From Felis catus (Eukaryota), in NCBI RefSeq assembly GCF_018350175.1, contig NC_058368.1, forward strand, positions 55,492,001 to 55,556,000: a stretch of DNA of 64,000 bases. The letters run 5' to 3'. How positions within the stretch are numbered: the stretch's first letter is position 1; the number at the start of each line of letters is the position of its first letter. The notes beneath the pieces are model-generated. The model did not search any database. It was not told the origin of the DNA and worked only from the letters and a program-made list of their open reading frames with translations. Below, piece after piece: positions 1 through 11,807 of the stretch. The translations under genes were made by a program, and so were the position numbers.

Positions 1-562
1 TAAACTAGCCTCTAGGCAGCCACAGTAGTGATTCTGGATAAGCAGCATTTTCTCAAACTCCCCCAATACTACTATATTTCTCACAACTTTGCTGATTTCA
101 TGTGTTTCTTGCCAACTTCAACTTTTTCATATTTTAATATGACTCAGTGCTGGAATAAAATCTTTCATAGAAGAAAATCAGCAAGATCTCCTTTGAAAAG
201 AGTAAACAATGAAATTTGTGAAATTGGTAAAAACAACCATCAGGAATAAACATGTATACATTTTATGAACGTGGAGTAAATTATAATTAAATGCTTGCTA
301 TGCTGTGTTCAAATATAAATTAATGAGAAAGTGAATATATCAATTTAATGGCTATTGTTTCTAAAAGAAATGCAGATATTCATATCTCATATGAATTTAA
401 ATGCAGATTCTAATGAAAGTTATTAGAAATAATACTTCAGATATTTCTAAAGTTTGGTTTATAAATAGTGTAAATTAACATTTATTTAAAGAAGGTTGAT
501 GTAACAGTAAGTATATGAAAAATTGTGCAGTTAATAATAAGGAATAACTCATATATTTTCAG

Positions 563-690
563 GGATTCATGGTATTCATGTGCAATAGAAGTTTCAAATT
601 CATGTAAATTCATACATTGGTGTATGCAACACTCATTTTATGCCTTAGGACTTTATGACACAAATTTAGGTTTTACATCATATATTTTTA
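563..690 (+). pseudogene. Candidate relic exon, PKD-domain-like
   Basis: ttttcAG acceptor, then open frame ...QHSFYALGLYDTNL resembling the PKD motif HxYxxxGxYxV; 3' end uncertain. Confidence 0.3.
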
Positions 691-2035
691 TTTCACTTTT
701 AATTATAAAATATTCTAAATAAATTGAAAAAATATAAAGATTAATGATATATTAAGAACCTTATCCTTCCATTCAGATTTCATAGATTTTTTATTGTCAT
801 AATTTTTTAAAGACATTTTTAATGATATTTTTAATGAAATGAAATATTAAGATAGTTTTAAGCACACTTTGTTCTTCTTTCTTTTCAATGAGAACCCATG
901 TCTTTGAATTTGTTCTGTGTTCTTAAGCAAAACATTCATAATTTATAAAAACATACATAAGCACACATATACATACACACACACATTCATATCATAGGTA
1001 TTAAAACATTGGGAAAAAATAAATAAAACACACAAAATTAAAAAAATAAAGTAGCCTTTAAAAAAGAAAATGAAAATAATATTGTTGGATGCTGACTTCC
1101 TACATCAACAAAACGGCATGTAGACGCTGGTGATTAGTTTACTCTGTCACTTGAAAGATATTTCTTTTGCTACTCTTACCTCCTGCTGCTAAGGAGAATT
1201 ATGTTATTGTCGCTGCCATGTAAATGATCTGCAATTTCCAAGTTGCTTTCAGTACTTACTGTCTTTTATGTTGTTGAGTTTCATCAATATGCTTTTATGT
1301 GGATTTATTTCATTTTTTTACAATATTGCTCAGGATTCAGTGATTAATTCAGGTTTTCATCTAATATTTACTGAGGGTTTCCTATGGGTCAAGCACTTCT
1401 CTCTATATAAAGGCATTCTGGACAAGGCAGGCATAATCTGATGCTCACCATGCATATTGGATAACACTGAGTGAACCGTTAGGTCAAAAAAAAATATATA
1501 TGTAATGTGAAATATTAAGTGTTTTTACTAAATTTAGAAAACTCTAAAAGATTATTTTTTAAAATGTTCATTATCCTTGCATCATTTAGGTTTACTATCT
1601 ATTATATTTCCGATTAAATTCATTTTGAGTCTTTTTATTCTCTTATGCACAACTTTACTCTATGTTTCATATTTGTCTTCCTGCTCCATGAAGAATACTC
1701 TGTTTTTCTCACTCTTCTTTCCTTTCCCTGCAAATACTGTGTTTGGGTGAGAGAAAGTAGTAAACAAAAATATTTATTATGCAAATTTGCCCATAAAGTT
1801 TGAGGTGAATGTTATTACAACTTCTCCTTGGAAAAGTAAAAATGTCTGTAGTTCTGAGACTGTATCATACTATCTTTGAATTCCCAGTGTATGGCAATCT
1901 TGCTGAAAACACCCACTTATAAAATTATTTAATTAAATGTCAATATATAAAGATGTATTGTTAGTATATATATGTCATTGAACATAAATGAATTTTAAAT
2001 AAACACTGATTCAAGAGTGATGCTAAGTGGGGAGG

Positions 2036-2210
2036 AGCTAGTTATATGTGACTACTTTAATTTAAATATAAATTAATTTAAAAAATAAACCAAATATCCA
2101 CTTTTTCATACTGGTAATTTCAAATCCTCAATTGCCACATATAACTAGTGGTTATCATACTATAGGGCACCTTTTCCATCACTGCAGGAAGTTTTATCGG
2201 ATAGTTCTCT
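2036..2210 (-). mobile_element. MER3-like hAT-Charlie DNA transposon remnant
   Basis: ttccatcactgcaggaagttttatcggatag and gccacatataactagtggtta resemble the MER3 consensus. Confidence 0.7.
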
Positions 2211-3946
2211 GGAGGATATGATATCTCAAGATATCTGTTACATATGTCCTCAAAGTTAGATTGACATAGATGAAATCCATAATTTTCATAGTACACTGGT
2301 ATATCTTAAATTATCCCTAATCTCTATAAGACTGATCAAATTGAGGGATCTTGACATTTGAATCTTCAAAAAAAATAACCTATTAATAAGGATGTAATTC
2401 AACAATCAGTCATTTGGCTCACTACTAGCAACATGGCAACAAATAATCATGTTTCAAATGAGGAGACAGATTTGCCAAATATCAGATTGATAATGTTTTA
2501 CAAATGCCAAAGTAAAATCTGCATTGTTGCACAGAGGTAGTCCAAAGGTGGAAATAATCAATACTTGCCAGGTGGAGAGAGGACGACATATAATGTTGTC
2601 TAGAGTGGACACAGAAAAATGGAGTACTGATTTGCTAGTTCTAATACAGGGAGCAGGAAAGAATGGAGAAGTGCATTCAGGAAAAAGGAAGAAGGATGAA
2701 CAAAGTCCAAGGTTACATAAAAAATGACAACTATAGCAACTTGGAATTATTTGAGAACGGCAATGCAAAATGTGTGTGCCAGGCATAAGAGAGTTGAGGC
2801 TGAAAAATGAGACAAAGACACACTCACAGAGAGCTGTGGACTGCTCTATGGCCCACCTTAGTTACTAATAATTCCTAAAACACCACTACTTTTCCTGTAA
2901 CTTCTGCAAAAACATGCATATAATTATTATAATGAACAGTAGTTCCTAAGGAATTACTCTGTGTTCTGATGTCTGTATGCATCTTTTAGTAGTCTGTGGG
3001 AAAGTACCATATAACATTTTTATCTTCTGCTATATATTAATATGAAAAAGAGGTATTATAGTAAAGTGTGTAACAATATAACACTATGTAAAAGTGAATT
3101 TTAAGGATCATTAACTATTTCTCTTTAAAGTAACTTCTGATAGTTAAATATCCTATGTTTGAAAATGATATATTATCAAATATGCCCTTCACCTTTTTTA
3201 GTCTTATTTTAACCTCATTCTTCACAATTCCATTTTACGCTATGCTATATATTTAACTTTATAATCACCCCCACAGTAAAAAAGATAAGATTCCTTCAAG
3301 AGCATTCTCCTCTGTAAATCTTGTCTTCACAGGAAGTACTTCCTTGCTGGAATTCATTCACTTATACTGCTGGAATTATTCCAAGATGTTAAGGACCCAT
3401 TTAATAAATTGATTTTCACAAAATTCATGGAAGCTATTATTCTCATTTATTTGATATCAAAAAGTGTCTTTCTTTGTTAATCATTAGGAGATTAATTACA
3501 GTCACAGTCAGCAAATCTGAAGCATGAAAATTAGGTAATTTAGTATTCAAATAATAAAAATACCACATACATATCCTATAGTGATATATACTGCTCTCTG
3601 TAGGGGTTATTATAATGCAGAGTGACTTGTATATTTTAATTGAAATAATTATAACTGTCTCCTATAATTCTAAGCTACCATTTAGATTGGGGAATATTGT
3701 ATTTTCTTTCTAAATATAGATGGATCAGAGATATGGACAGATTTTTAGATAGTGGCATATGTCAATTAAAATACAATTTCATACTAGGTATAAATATGAA
3801 AAATTCTATCATGTTGTGTATAAATAATATATAAATATATGTAAATATTCCATTTCATAAGAAATCTGGAAAATTTTATGTTCTATGTGACACCATATTT
3901 TGCAATATCCAATGATTATTTTTCTGTGTTAAAAATTAAATTTCTT

Positions 3947-4141
3947 GGGGTGCCCATGGCTCAGTCAGTTTAGCATCTGACTTCTGCTCAAGTCATGATC
4001 TCATGGTTCGTAGTTACAACCTGCCTGAGGTTCTGCACTGAAGCCTGTTTTGGATTCTCCTTCTCTGCCTGCCCCACCCCTGTTCGTGCTCTGTCTCTCT
4101 CTCTCTCTCAAAAATAAATAAACATTAAAAAAATAAAAAAT
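3947..4141 (+). mobile_element. CanSINE
   Basis: tRNA-like head, (CT)n, A-tail; TSD aaaaattaaatttctt / aaaaattacatttcct. Confidence 0.93.
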
Positions 4142-4276
4142 AAAAATTACATTTCCTAAATGTTTATTCTTAAAAGATAAAATTGCTCAATTTTAATTTT
4201 TTTATGATAGACCCCCAGCAGTTTTGAAAAATACAAGGAAAAGGAAAGAAATCCCTGATTTAAAGACGTAAGATCT

Positions 4277-4484
4277 AGGTGCACCTGGGTGACTCAGTTG
4301 GTTAAAAATCCGACTTCTAGTTTCCGCTAAGGTCACGATCTCATGGTTTGTGGGTTCGAGCCTTGCGTCAGGCTCCGCACTGGCAGCACAGAGCCTGCTT
4401 AGGATTTTCTGTCTCTCCCTCTGTCCCTCCCCACTTGCACTGTCTCTGTCTGTCTCAAAATAAATAAATAAACTTAAAAAAAAG
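4277..4484 (+). mobile_element. CanSINE
   Basis: SINE body; TSD taaagacgtaagatct / taaagatgcaagatct. Confidence 0.95.
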
Positions 4485-4699
4485 TAAAGATGCAAGATCT
4501 AAACAAACTGGCTTGCATAAACCACTTTGGGAGAGAGCAGAGAGACAACAACTTTTGTATGCCACCCTTTCCAAGACCCTTCTCAGGTCATTGAATCTTA
4601 TGGACTTCTCTGAGAGCTCTCAAATTTGTCTTTATTTTCTCTATTTCATGTGCTCACAACCTTCGATTTCTTAGGGAATCTTCTAACAACTTACCTATC

Positions 4700-4930
4700 A
4701 TGGCAATGACTAACATTTGCCAAACATTTCCTTTGTGCCAAATTTTTACTTATTAACTCATTTTGTCCTTGCCGTAAGCCAACAATGGGAAATAGTATTA
4801 TCTTCATTTTTGCAGTAATGTAACTGAAGAACAAGAGGAAGATTAATTAAATTTTCTATAGTCATGGAGCTAGTAAGAAGGGGAACCTGGTTATGAAGGC
4901 AGAACATCTGGCTCTAGTCAATGCCACTTC
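4700..4930. mobile_element. MIR-like ancient SINE remnant
   Basis: MIR core-like cattttt...gtaactga...gctagtaag motifs. Confidence 0.55.
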
Positions 4931-5130
4931 TCTCCTTCTACAACCCAGAAGCCATATAATGAGGTAATTTCTTTTCACATTTCATAACCATTACAAGGTA
5001 TGTAAGCCAAACCATAGTCACAGCATCTTGTCTCATAAAGGGAGAAACACATTCATTTGAGTAATAATGTGGAGAAAAATAAAGCAGTGTCTATTTCCTT
5101 ATTCTAGGCAAGGATACACTTCTATTTTAG

Positions 5131-5432
5131 ATATTCATATCATAAAATAAATACAAAGACAATAGTTGGTACAAGCAATGGTAAATGAGATGGACAGACA
5201 GGTCTTACCCATCCTGTAAGCATTGTTACCACTTCAGCAAATTCTTTCAAACAGCAAGCCTGCTAAACAAACAGTTTCAATATAAGTCTCCCAGCATCCC
5301 TAAGGCACTCTTCTAAGCAGATACCTCCTCATAATTCCCTTATATAGGAAAATTCCGAAGCTACCTTTCTGTGGATGACAACGGATGTCAATTTTGTTTG
5401 ATAGGGCTGATATTGTATACTTCTACTAGGAG
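5131..5432 (+). pseudogene. Candidate relic exon (PKD-like start YSYHK...TIVGTSNG)
   Basis: ttctattttAG acceptor, G|gtacat donor, long frame with few stops in AT-rich DNA. Confidence 0.3.
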
Positions 5433-5708
5433 GTACATGTCCTGGATCCGTTAACTCCTCAGAAGCTACAAAATATTTATATTCTAATTCTATCCTTCAT
5501 TTTCTCATATCCTCCAGGATATTCCTACAAAAGAAACTTCCATTCATTAACTACTTGGCTAAAGGATCAAATAAAAAGCATGATCAATTACTGATTTTTT
5601 ATCTTGTAGAATTTTATGAAATTTTGTTTTATTCTCCAAAGATGAGGAACACCAATTAGAATCTTTTGACACGTATTAGGAACTAATGGATTAAACATAG
5701 TTAATATA

Positions 5709-5911
5709 GGGGTGCCCGGGTGGCTCAGTCAATTAAGTGACTCTTGGTTTCGGCTTAGGTTATGATCTCATGGTTTTGTGGGTTCCAGCTCCACATTGGA
5801 CTCTGCTGACAGCGCAGAGCCTGCTTGGGATTCTCTTGTCTCCCTCTCTCTCTGCCCCTCACCTATTCATGCTGTCTCTGTCTCTCTCAAAATAATTAAA
5901 CTTAAAAAAAA
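5709..5911 (+). mobile_element. CanSINE
   Basis: SINE body; TSD ending ttaatata. Confidence 0.95.
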
Positions 5912-6857
5912 TAAGCATCATTAATATATATTTAATGCACAGCAGTGATTATTCTTATTGGTACTCAGATTGTCCCAGATGTCCAGTGAGAGGTTTCTTT
6001 GATTGTGAGAGATTTTTTGACATATAGTCAAGTAGTCAAATATCAAAGATAAGCAGGTTTTGATAACCACTTTATTTTCTTTAATGTCAAGATATATTTT
6101 GGAATCACCATGGATAATTCTACCCTGTATTCAGAATCAGCAATTTTTCTAAGGTGGGTTGGCTACTTATAGTGAGAAATAGTAAATATTGATCTCAATT
6201 TGTATGCTATGTATGTTTGCTGCTATAGATTTGTGCAAGGTTTTGGGCAGTTTTCAATAGATAAAACTAGAAAATATATATGTTTAGGATAAGGTATCTG
6301 AAACATTGATAGTTCCATTTCAATCCAAAGCCACAGAGTTTTTCTATAACTTCATAAATCTTCCATATGTATGTTCTACTTCAGAATGAAAAAAACAAAT
6401 CTCTGTTCTCAGTGACATCTGAACAATTATTAATATATTTTATTGTGCAATACATGGATAATAGCCCAGGATAAAAAATAAAGGACTAATGCAAACAATA
6501 TTATTATAAAGAAAGCAGTCTTCTGAGAAATGTTTTAATTATTCAGTACTTAGATTTTATAATATTAGAAATGCACAAAATATTGTTTTACAGTGTTTTA
6601 AAAGCACATGTAGTATTATCTGTGTTTATTTATTTTGTTTAATGTTAATGATTTCTCTTAAAATTAAACTTTATTGACATAACACAGTATAATTCATGCT
6701 ACAAAGTCAGATATAACAAAAGTATGTTTCCAGAAATAATCGTTTATTTTATTCCCACCCCCTCCAATCTAATTATTTTATTTATCTATTTACTTTTATA
6801 GTTGTTTTTCTAATTTATAGTTTTTCCTTCCCTTGTTCTTTTCTCTTTTTCTTTTTC

Positions 6858-7063
6858 TTTTTTTAATGTTTATTTATTTTAGAGAGAGACAACGCACAAG
6901 CAGGGGAGGAGCAGAGAGAGAGAGGGAGACACAGAATCTGAAGCAGGCTCCGGGCTCTGAGCTGTCAGCAGAGAGCCCAACGCAGGGCTTGAACCCACCA
7001 ACCCTGAGATCATGACCTGAGCGTAAGTCAAACGCTCAACCAACTGAGCCACCCAAGTGCCCC
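6858..7063 (-). mobile_element. CanSINE
   Basis: Poly-T, (GA)n, ends ...tgagccacccaagtgcccc. Confidence 0.95.
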
Positions 7064-7481
7064 TCTTTTTTCTTAAATATAAGTAGATATATGAATGTGG
7101 TGTGTTTGTAAATTTGTATTTATTATTAGGATATATTCACGCATACACATAGATTCATTGTCAGGGTCTCTGGAAAAGTCTTCATTCCTAGTAATTTTCC
7201 ACTCATTCAACTAAAACCTGACTCTCTCTAGTCCCATATCCTGCTCCTAGCTAGAATCAGAATTCTTTCACTCCCAGTTGCCCATATTTGGACTAAGAAA
7301 ATTGCACAAACTTACTGACCATATGAAACTTTACACACTTATGCTCTGGTCAACCATAAACCCAAGGAGGAAAAGACCATATATAATTCCTTCCATCCCA
7401 AAATGAAGTAACGAAGTTCCTTCCCTAATCTATACTTTGTGCTGCCATGCCTTGCAAGTCAAATTGAAGATTTTCTTGTTT

Positions 7482-7729
7482 ATTTTATTTTATTTATTTA
7501 TTTATTTTTTTAATTTTTTTTTTCCAACGTTTATTTTATTTTTGGGACAGAGAGAGACAGAGCATGAACGGGGGAGGGGCAGAGAGAGAGGGAGACACAG
7601 AAGCGGAAACAGGCTCCAGGCTCCGAGCCGCCAGCCCAGAGCCTGACGCGGGGCTCGAACTCACGGACCGCGAGATCGTGACCTGGCTGAAGTCGGACGC
7701 TTAACCGACTGCGCCACCCAGGTGCCCCC
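7482..7729 (-). mobile_element. Young felid SINE (SINEC_Fc-like)
   Basis: CpG-rich intact body; perfect TSD aagattttcttgttt. Confidence 0.97.
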
Positions 7730-8008
7730 AAAGATTTTCTTGTTTAATAGTAGCATGCTAAACAAAAGCTTCACTGCTCTTCTTTTCCATTTAATATTAA
7801 ATCCCAGTGGTCATTCCATGTTTGTACATGATATTTCTCTTTCCTTTTTAAAAACTGTATAGCACCCTATTGTGAGATTTACTGTAACATATTCAACCCA
7901 TACCCTAATGATGGACAACTGTGCTATTTATAGAATCATACTGTTATAAATAGCACTGAAAATAATAGCCATGTGTATGACTCTTCATAATTTTACAAGT
8001 GTATCTTT

Positions 8009-8222
8009 TTTTTTTTTATTTTTTTTATTTTTGGGACAGAGAGAGAACGGACAGAGCATGAACGGGGGAGGGGCAGAGAGAGAGGGAGACACAGAATCGG
8101 AAACAGGCTCCAGGCTCTGAGCCATCAGCCCAGAGCCGGACGCGGGGCTCAAACTCACGGACCGCGAGATGGTGACCTGGCTGAAGTCGGACGCTTAACC
8201 GACTGCGCCACCCAGGCGCCCC
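8009..8222 (-). mobile_element. Young felid SINE
   Basis: Perfect TSD acaagtgtatcttt. Confidence 0.97.
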
Positions 8223-8687
8223 AACAAGTGTATCTTTAGGATGGTTTTTAGTTCAAAGGTTACAACTCTTTCATCAGGGTGTTACTGTTTTGCAGTTTTC
8301 ACCAACATATGCATGTCTGTTTTCCTGAAGCCTTACCATGTCAGAAATTTTTTGTAGTTTTGATAATCTGCTAGATGAAAAATACTGTCTTGATTTGCAT
8401 TTATCTTATTTTTGAGCAATTTGAACATTTTCTTCATATATGAAAGTTCCATTTCCATATTTGAAGTTCCATTTTTCTATGAATACTCTTCTTGTCTCTA
8501 GCTATAGAGTTGTCGACCATTTTATTCTTTATTTTCAGAAGCTCTTTATTTATTACAGACATCAATAATTGTCTTTAATTTTTATTTCCAAGACACTCAA
8601 GCATGGCCATTTTTTTGGACTATTGAACAGCTATTCAACAAAATAAACATTTAAAGTTTGTTTTTAACTTAACATCTCACTATGCTA

Positions 8688-9185
8688 TGCAGTAGATATT
8701 TATAACTTATGCTATTCTGTATATTTAGGTTCCCCTTCAAATGGGGAAAAGTCTTCCACATTTTCACTCCTGAAGCTTTGAAATAAAATATTAATATTTA
8801 CTTCTGCAACTTCTATGGCAACAAGGGTATAATCACATATTGTGATCTAGCCTTAAAACAACCTGAGGAAGCAGATGCTATTCAGAACCTACTTTCAGAA
8901 AAGGGCCTAGTTTATTGAAAGTGACTGTGGCAGTAGTTATGTACATAATGGCCAAAGTCAGTTAGATGAGCTATAGTATGTGTGCTCTGGGCAGCATCTC
9001 TGGGTCATGGCTGATAGAACCCTGTAATATTAGCACCTTGTAACATTGGTGTTATTACTATCTGTGCAGACTCCAAACTCTTTGCCTCTCAACAGTCTAT
9101 TAGCCGAATTATATCTTGTAATAAATGTTGATCCAAATTAAACAAGCTATCATGGGTTTTGTTAACTCTGAACTTTGACTGACTG
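8688..9185 (+). mobile_element. ERVL-class LTR (LTR33/LTR41-like)
   Basis: Ends aataaa...ttaaacaagcta...gaactttgactgac, followed directly by ERVL internal start tgggaccagaagtgg. Confidence 0.6.
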
Positions 9186-9553
9186 GGACCAGAAGTGGAT
9201 TTCTGCAGGTAACAGACCCTCATGAAATGAAATTTTGACATTTTTATGTTTTTGTGTGTTTGAAGGATTTGAATATCCAGCTAGCATTAAAGAATGATAA
9301 TCTGGTAGGCTTTGGCATGCAAATACAGAGTTTTTAAAAAATTAATGCCTGTTTGTACATGCCTATCAAACATAAGATCTTAGGAGACTGAACAGGTTTT
9401 GCCAAAGAACAGTGTGAGGGACATGGAGAACATCATGATTTAGCTTGTGTTGGCTTCTTCTGATTATACTAGAGAGTTTAAATAAAGAAAGAACAAGTTC
9501 AAAGTTCCAAACATTTGATTCAAAGTAAAGTATGGTTTGATAACCAGAAACTT

Positions 9554-9750
9554 AAAAAAAATGTTTACTTATATATTTAAGAAAGAGAATGTGAAAGGGG
9601 GAAGGGCAGAGAAACAGGGAGACAGAGGATCTGAAGCAGGCTCTGGCTGAAAGCAGAAAGCCTGATGTGGGGCCCGAACCCACAAACTGTAAGAACATGA
9701 CCTGAACCCTAAGTCAGATGCTTAACCAACTGAGCCACCAAGGAACCCCC
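9554..9750 (-). mobile_element. CanSINE (older) inside ERVL
   Basis: TSD ataaccagaaactt / ataacctgtaactt. Confidence 0.9.
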
Positions 9751-10246
9751 ATAACCTGTAACTTTTTCTGACTGCTATATCCTAGTTTCCAAAGGGCTGA
9801 GTTACCCAGAATTCAAAGGTTAAACTTCTAAATTGTCAAATTATACTCTTTGAATTCTTAGATTTGTCAGCCTTTAAAAATGAAAATTAAGGCCCTTTCT
9901 AGTAAAATAGTTGAAATAACAATTGAAATGAAAGCATGTGGGAGAGTTAGAAAATCAGATGACTCCCATGCCCCATGTCTCTCTGATTCTCCCTCTCCAG
10001 CTGATGCAGCACCTTCCCCCTCACATAAAGAGAAAATTCTAGCCTCAACTTAATGATCTGTGGCAAACTTTGCAAGGGAAGGCACATCTTAAGTTGGAAT
10101 CTCAAACACTTCAGTCTCATACTTTCTCCAAATTTCCTGTAGTTAGACTCATATCCCAGTAAAATTAGACTCATTATCTCATATTCTGTAGCAGTAGAAT
10201 TTCACATGAAATTTTGCATGATTTTATAAGTTCTAGATATTGTTTT

Positions 10247-10471
10247 ATTTTATTTTTTTTAATTTTTTTCAACGTTTTTTATTTTTGGGACAGAGAGAGA
10301 CAGAGCATGAACGGGGGAGGGGCAGAGAGAGAGGGAGACACAGAATCGGAAGCAGGCTCCAGGCTCCGAGCCATCAGCCCAGAGCCTGACGCGGGGCTCG
10401 AACTCACGGACTGCGAGATCGTGACCTGGCTGAAGTCGGACGCTTAACCGACTGTGCCACCCAGGCGCCCC
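10247..10471 (-). mobile_element. Young felid SINE
   Basis: TSD tagatattgtttta / tagatagtgtttta. Confidence 0.97.
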
Positions 10472-11153
10472 TAGATAGTGTTTTAGAGTAGGTTTTGATA
10501 GTGGTAGGCCATGGAACCTGTAATATAATTTTATATAGCAATAGAGATAAACTTGCTAGAGTTTACAGTTTAATATGCTTGCTCTTGCAGCCAAGAGAGG
10601 TTCTTGTTTGCTCATTTGATGGTCCAAAAGCAGAAATCTCAAAGCTGTTTCACAATAAATGAAGCTAAGATGCTAGAAATTCCTTAGTATGATGTTGAGA
10701 ATTTAAACACAGAACAATAACAATAAAACTCAGAAGGACAACAACAACAACAAAATGATGGAGTGTATTCATCATGTTTGTCCACTCACCAACCTCTGAC
10801 TCTCACCTAAGCCACTCTCCGATGACATGGAGGAGGGTGCCAAAATCTTTTAAAACACAGTATTGTTTTCCCTTTAGACTAAAGTTGAATAAGAAGCATT
10901 GTAATTAAAATATACTTGTGGATATTGTGCTTTGGCACTCAACCTCTATTTTCATCTCCTTTGTTACTTTGCTTGACTTACAGGGAATTAAAGCCTAAAA
11001 TCTGTTTTGTTTTCTTTTTCCTCACAAGAGTCTGCCAGAGCTATGTTTCTGGACTTAATTTGAATTTTTTCAATGATACTCTCTCAAGCCATATTTGTAA
11101 TGTAGAATTGACACAGAGGCAGCATATTCCCTATCTTGGAGGATAGCTTGCCC

Positions 11154-11156
<3 letters not shown>

Positions 11157-11202
<46 letters not shown>

Positions 11203-11250
11203 AAGAAAGAAAGAAAAGAAAAGAAAAGAAAAAGAAAAAGAAAAGGAAAA
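11157..11250 (+). repeat. A44 run followed by (GAAA/GAAAA)n
   Basis: Directly visible. Confidence 0.98.
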
Positions 11251-11763
11251 TGGGTAACCAGTTAAGTGGCAAAGTTTAATGGAATCCTTGCAACTTATAA
11301 TCTTGTAGTCTGGAAAACTGGAGTCCAAATACTAGCAAAACAATCTCTGCCTTCAGGTCCCTCTTCTGTTCCAGTTACGGTGTTGCAATATCTATGGAGT
11401 TACGTGTCTAAGACCATCTCATAGCTAATGGAAGTTATTGGTGATTTCTGGTCCTGGAATTTGTAACCAAAGGCTATCTTCTGCTTCCCTTTGAGTGGCA
11501 AGTATTCTGGTTACAGGACCTTAGAGAAAGCATTTTACCTCAGTGAAGGGAGGACTATATTCCCCTGATAAGACCCTCCCATACTATGATTGGTTGCTTC
11601 TGAGCCTAAAGTACACAATGTGAGTATGAGAAGAGTTACTGTGAAATGAAAATGAAAATGTCACATCCAATCAACGGCCAAGTTTAACTTACAAGAAAGA
11701 ATAAGCAGCTCACAAAAACTGAGCAGCAGCTCACCCATTCCTTACACAACCGGTCTCACTTAT

Positions 11764-11807
11764 TGTTTTGTTTTGTTTTGTTTTGTTTTGTTTTGTTTTG
11801 TTTTGTT
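11764..11807 (+). repeat. (TTTTG)n microsatellite
   Basis: Directly visible. Confidence 0.97.

Larger units (their letters stand above)
5930..8600 (-). mobile_element. Old L1 (L1MC/ME-type) 3' region, interrupted by SINEs
   Basis: Diverged L1 3'UTR/ORF2-end motifs on the minus strand. Confidence 0.6.

Noticed and set aside
3333..3535. Possible additional exon (cacAG ... AG|GTAATT)
   Set aside because: No recognisable domain motif and no frame open throughout; not supportable alone
3947..4020. tRNA genes
   Set aside because: A/B-box tRNA-like sequences are SINE heads followed by (CT)n and A-tails
7437..7731. Recurrent peptides such as [17 protein letters not shown] and GQRETEHERGRG at several loci
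   Set aside because: Translations of SINE bodies, not genes
11084..11328. Poly-Phe ORFs
   Set aside because: Translation of the poly(A) tract
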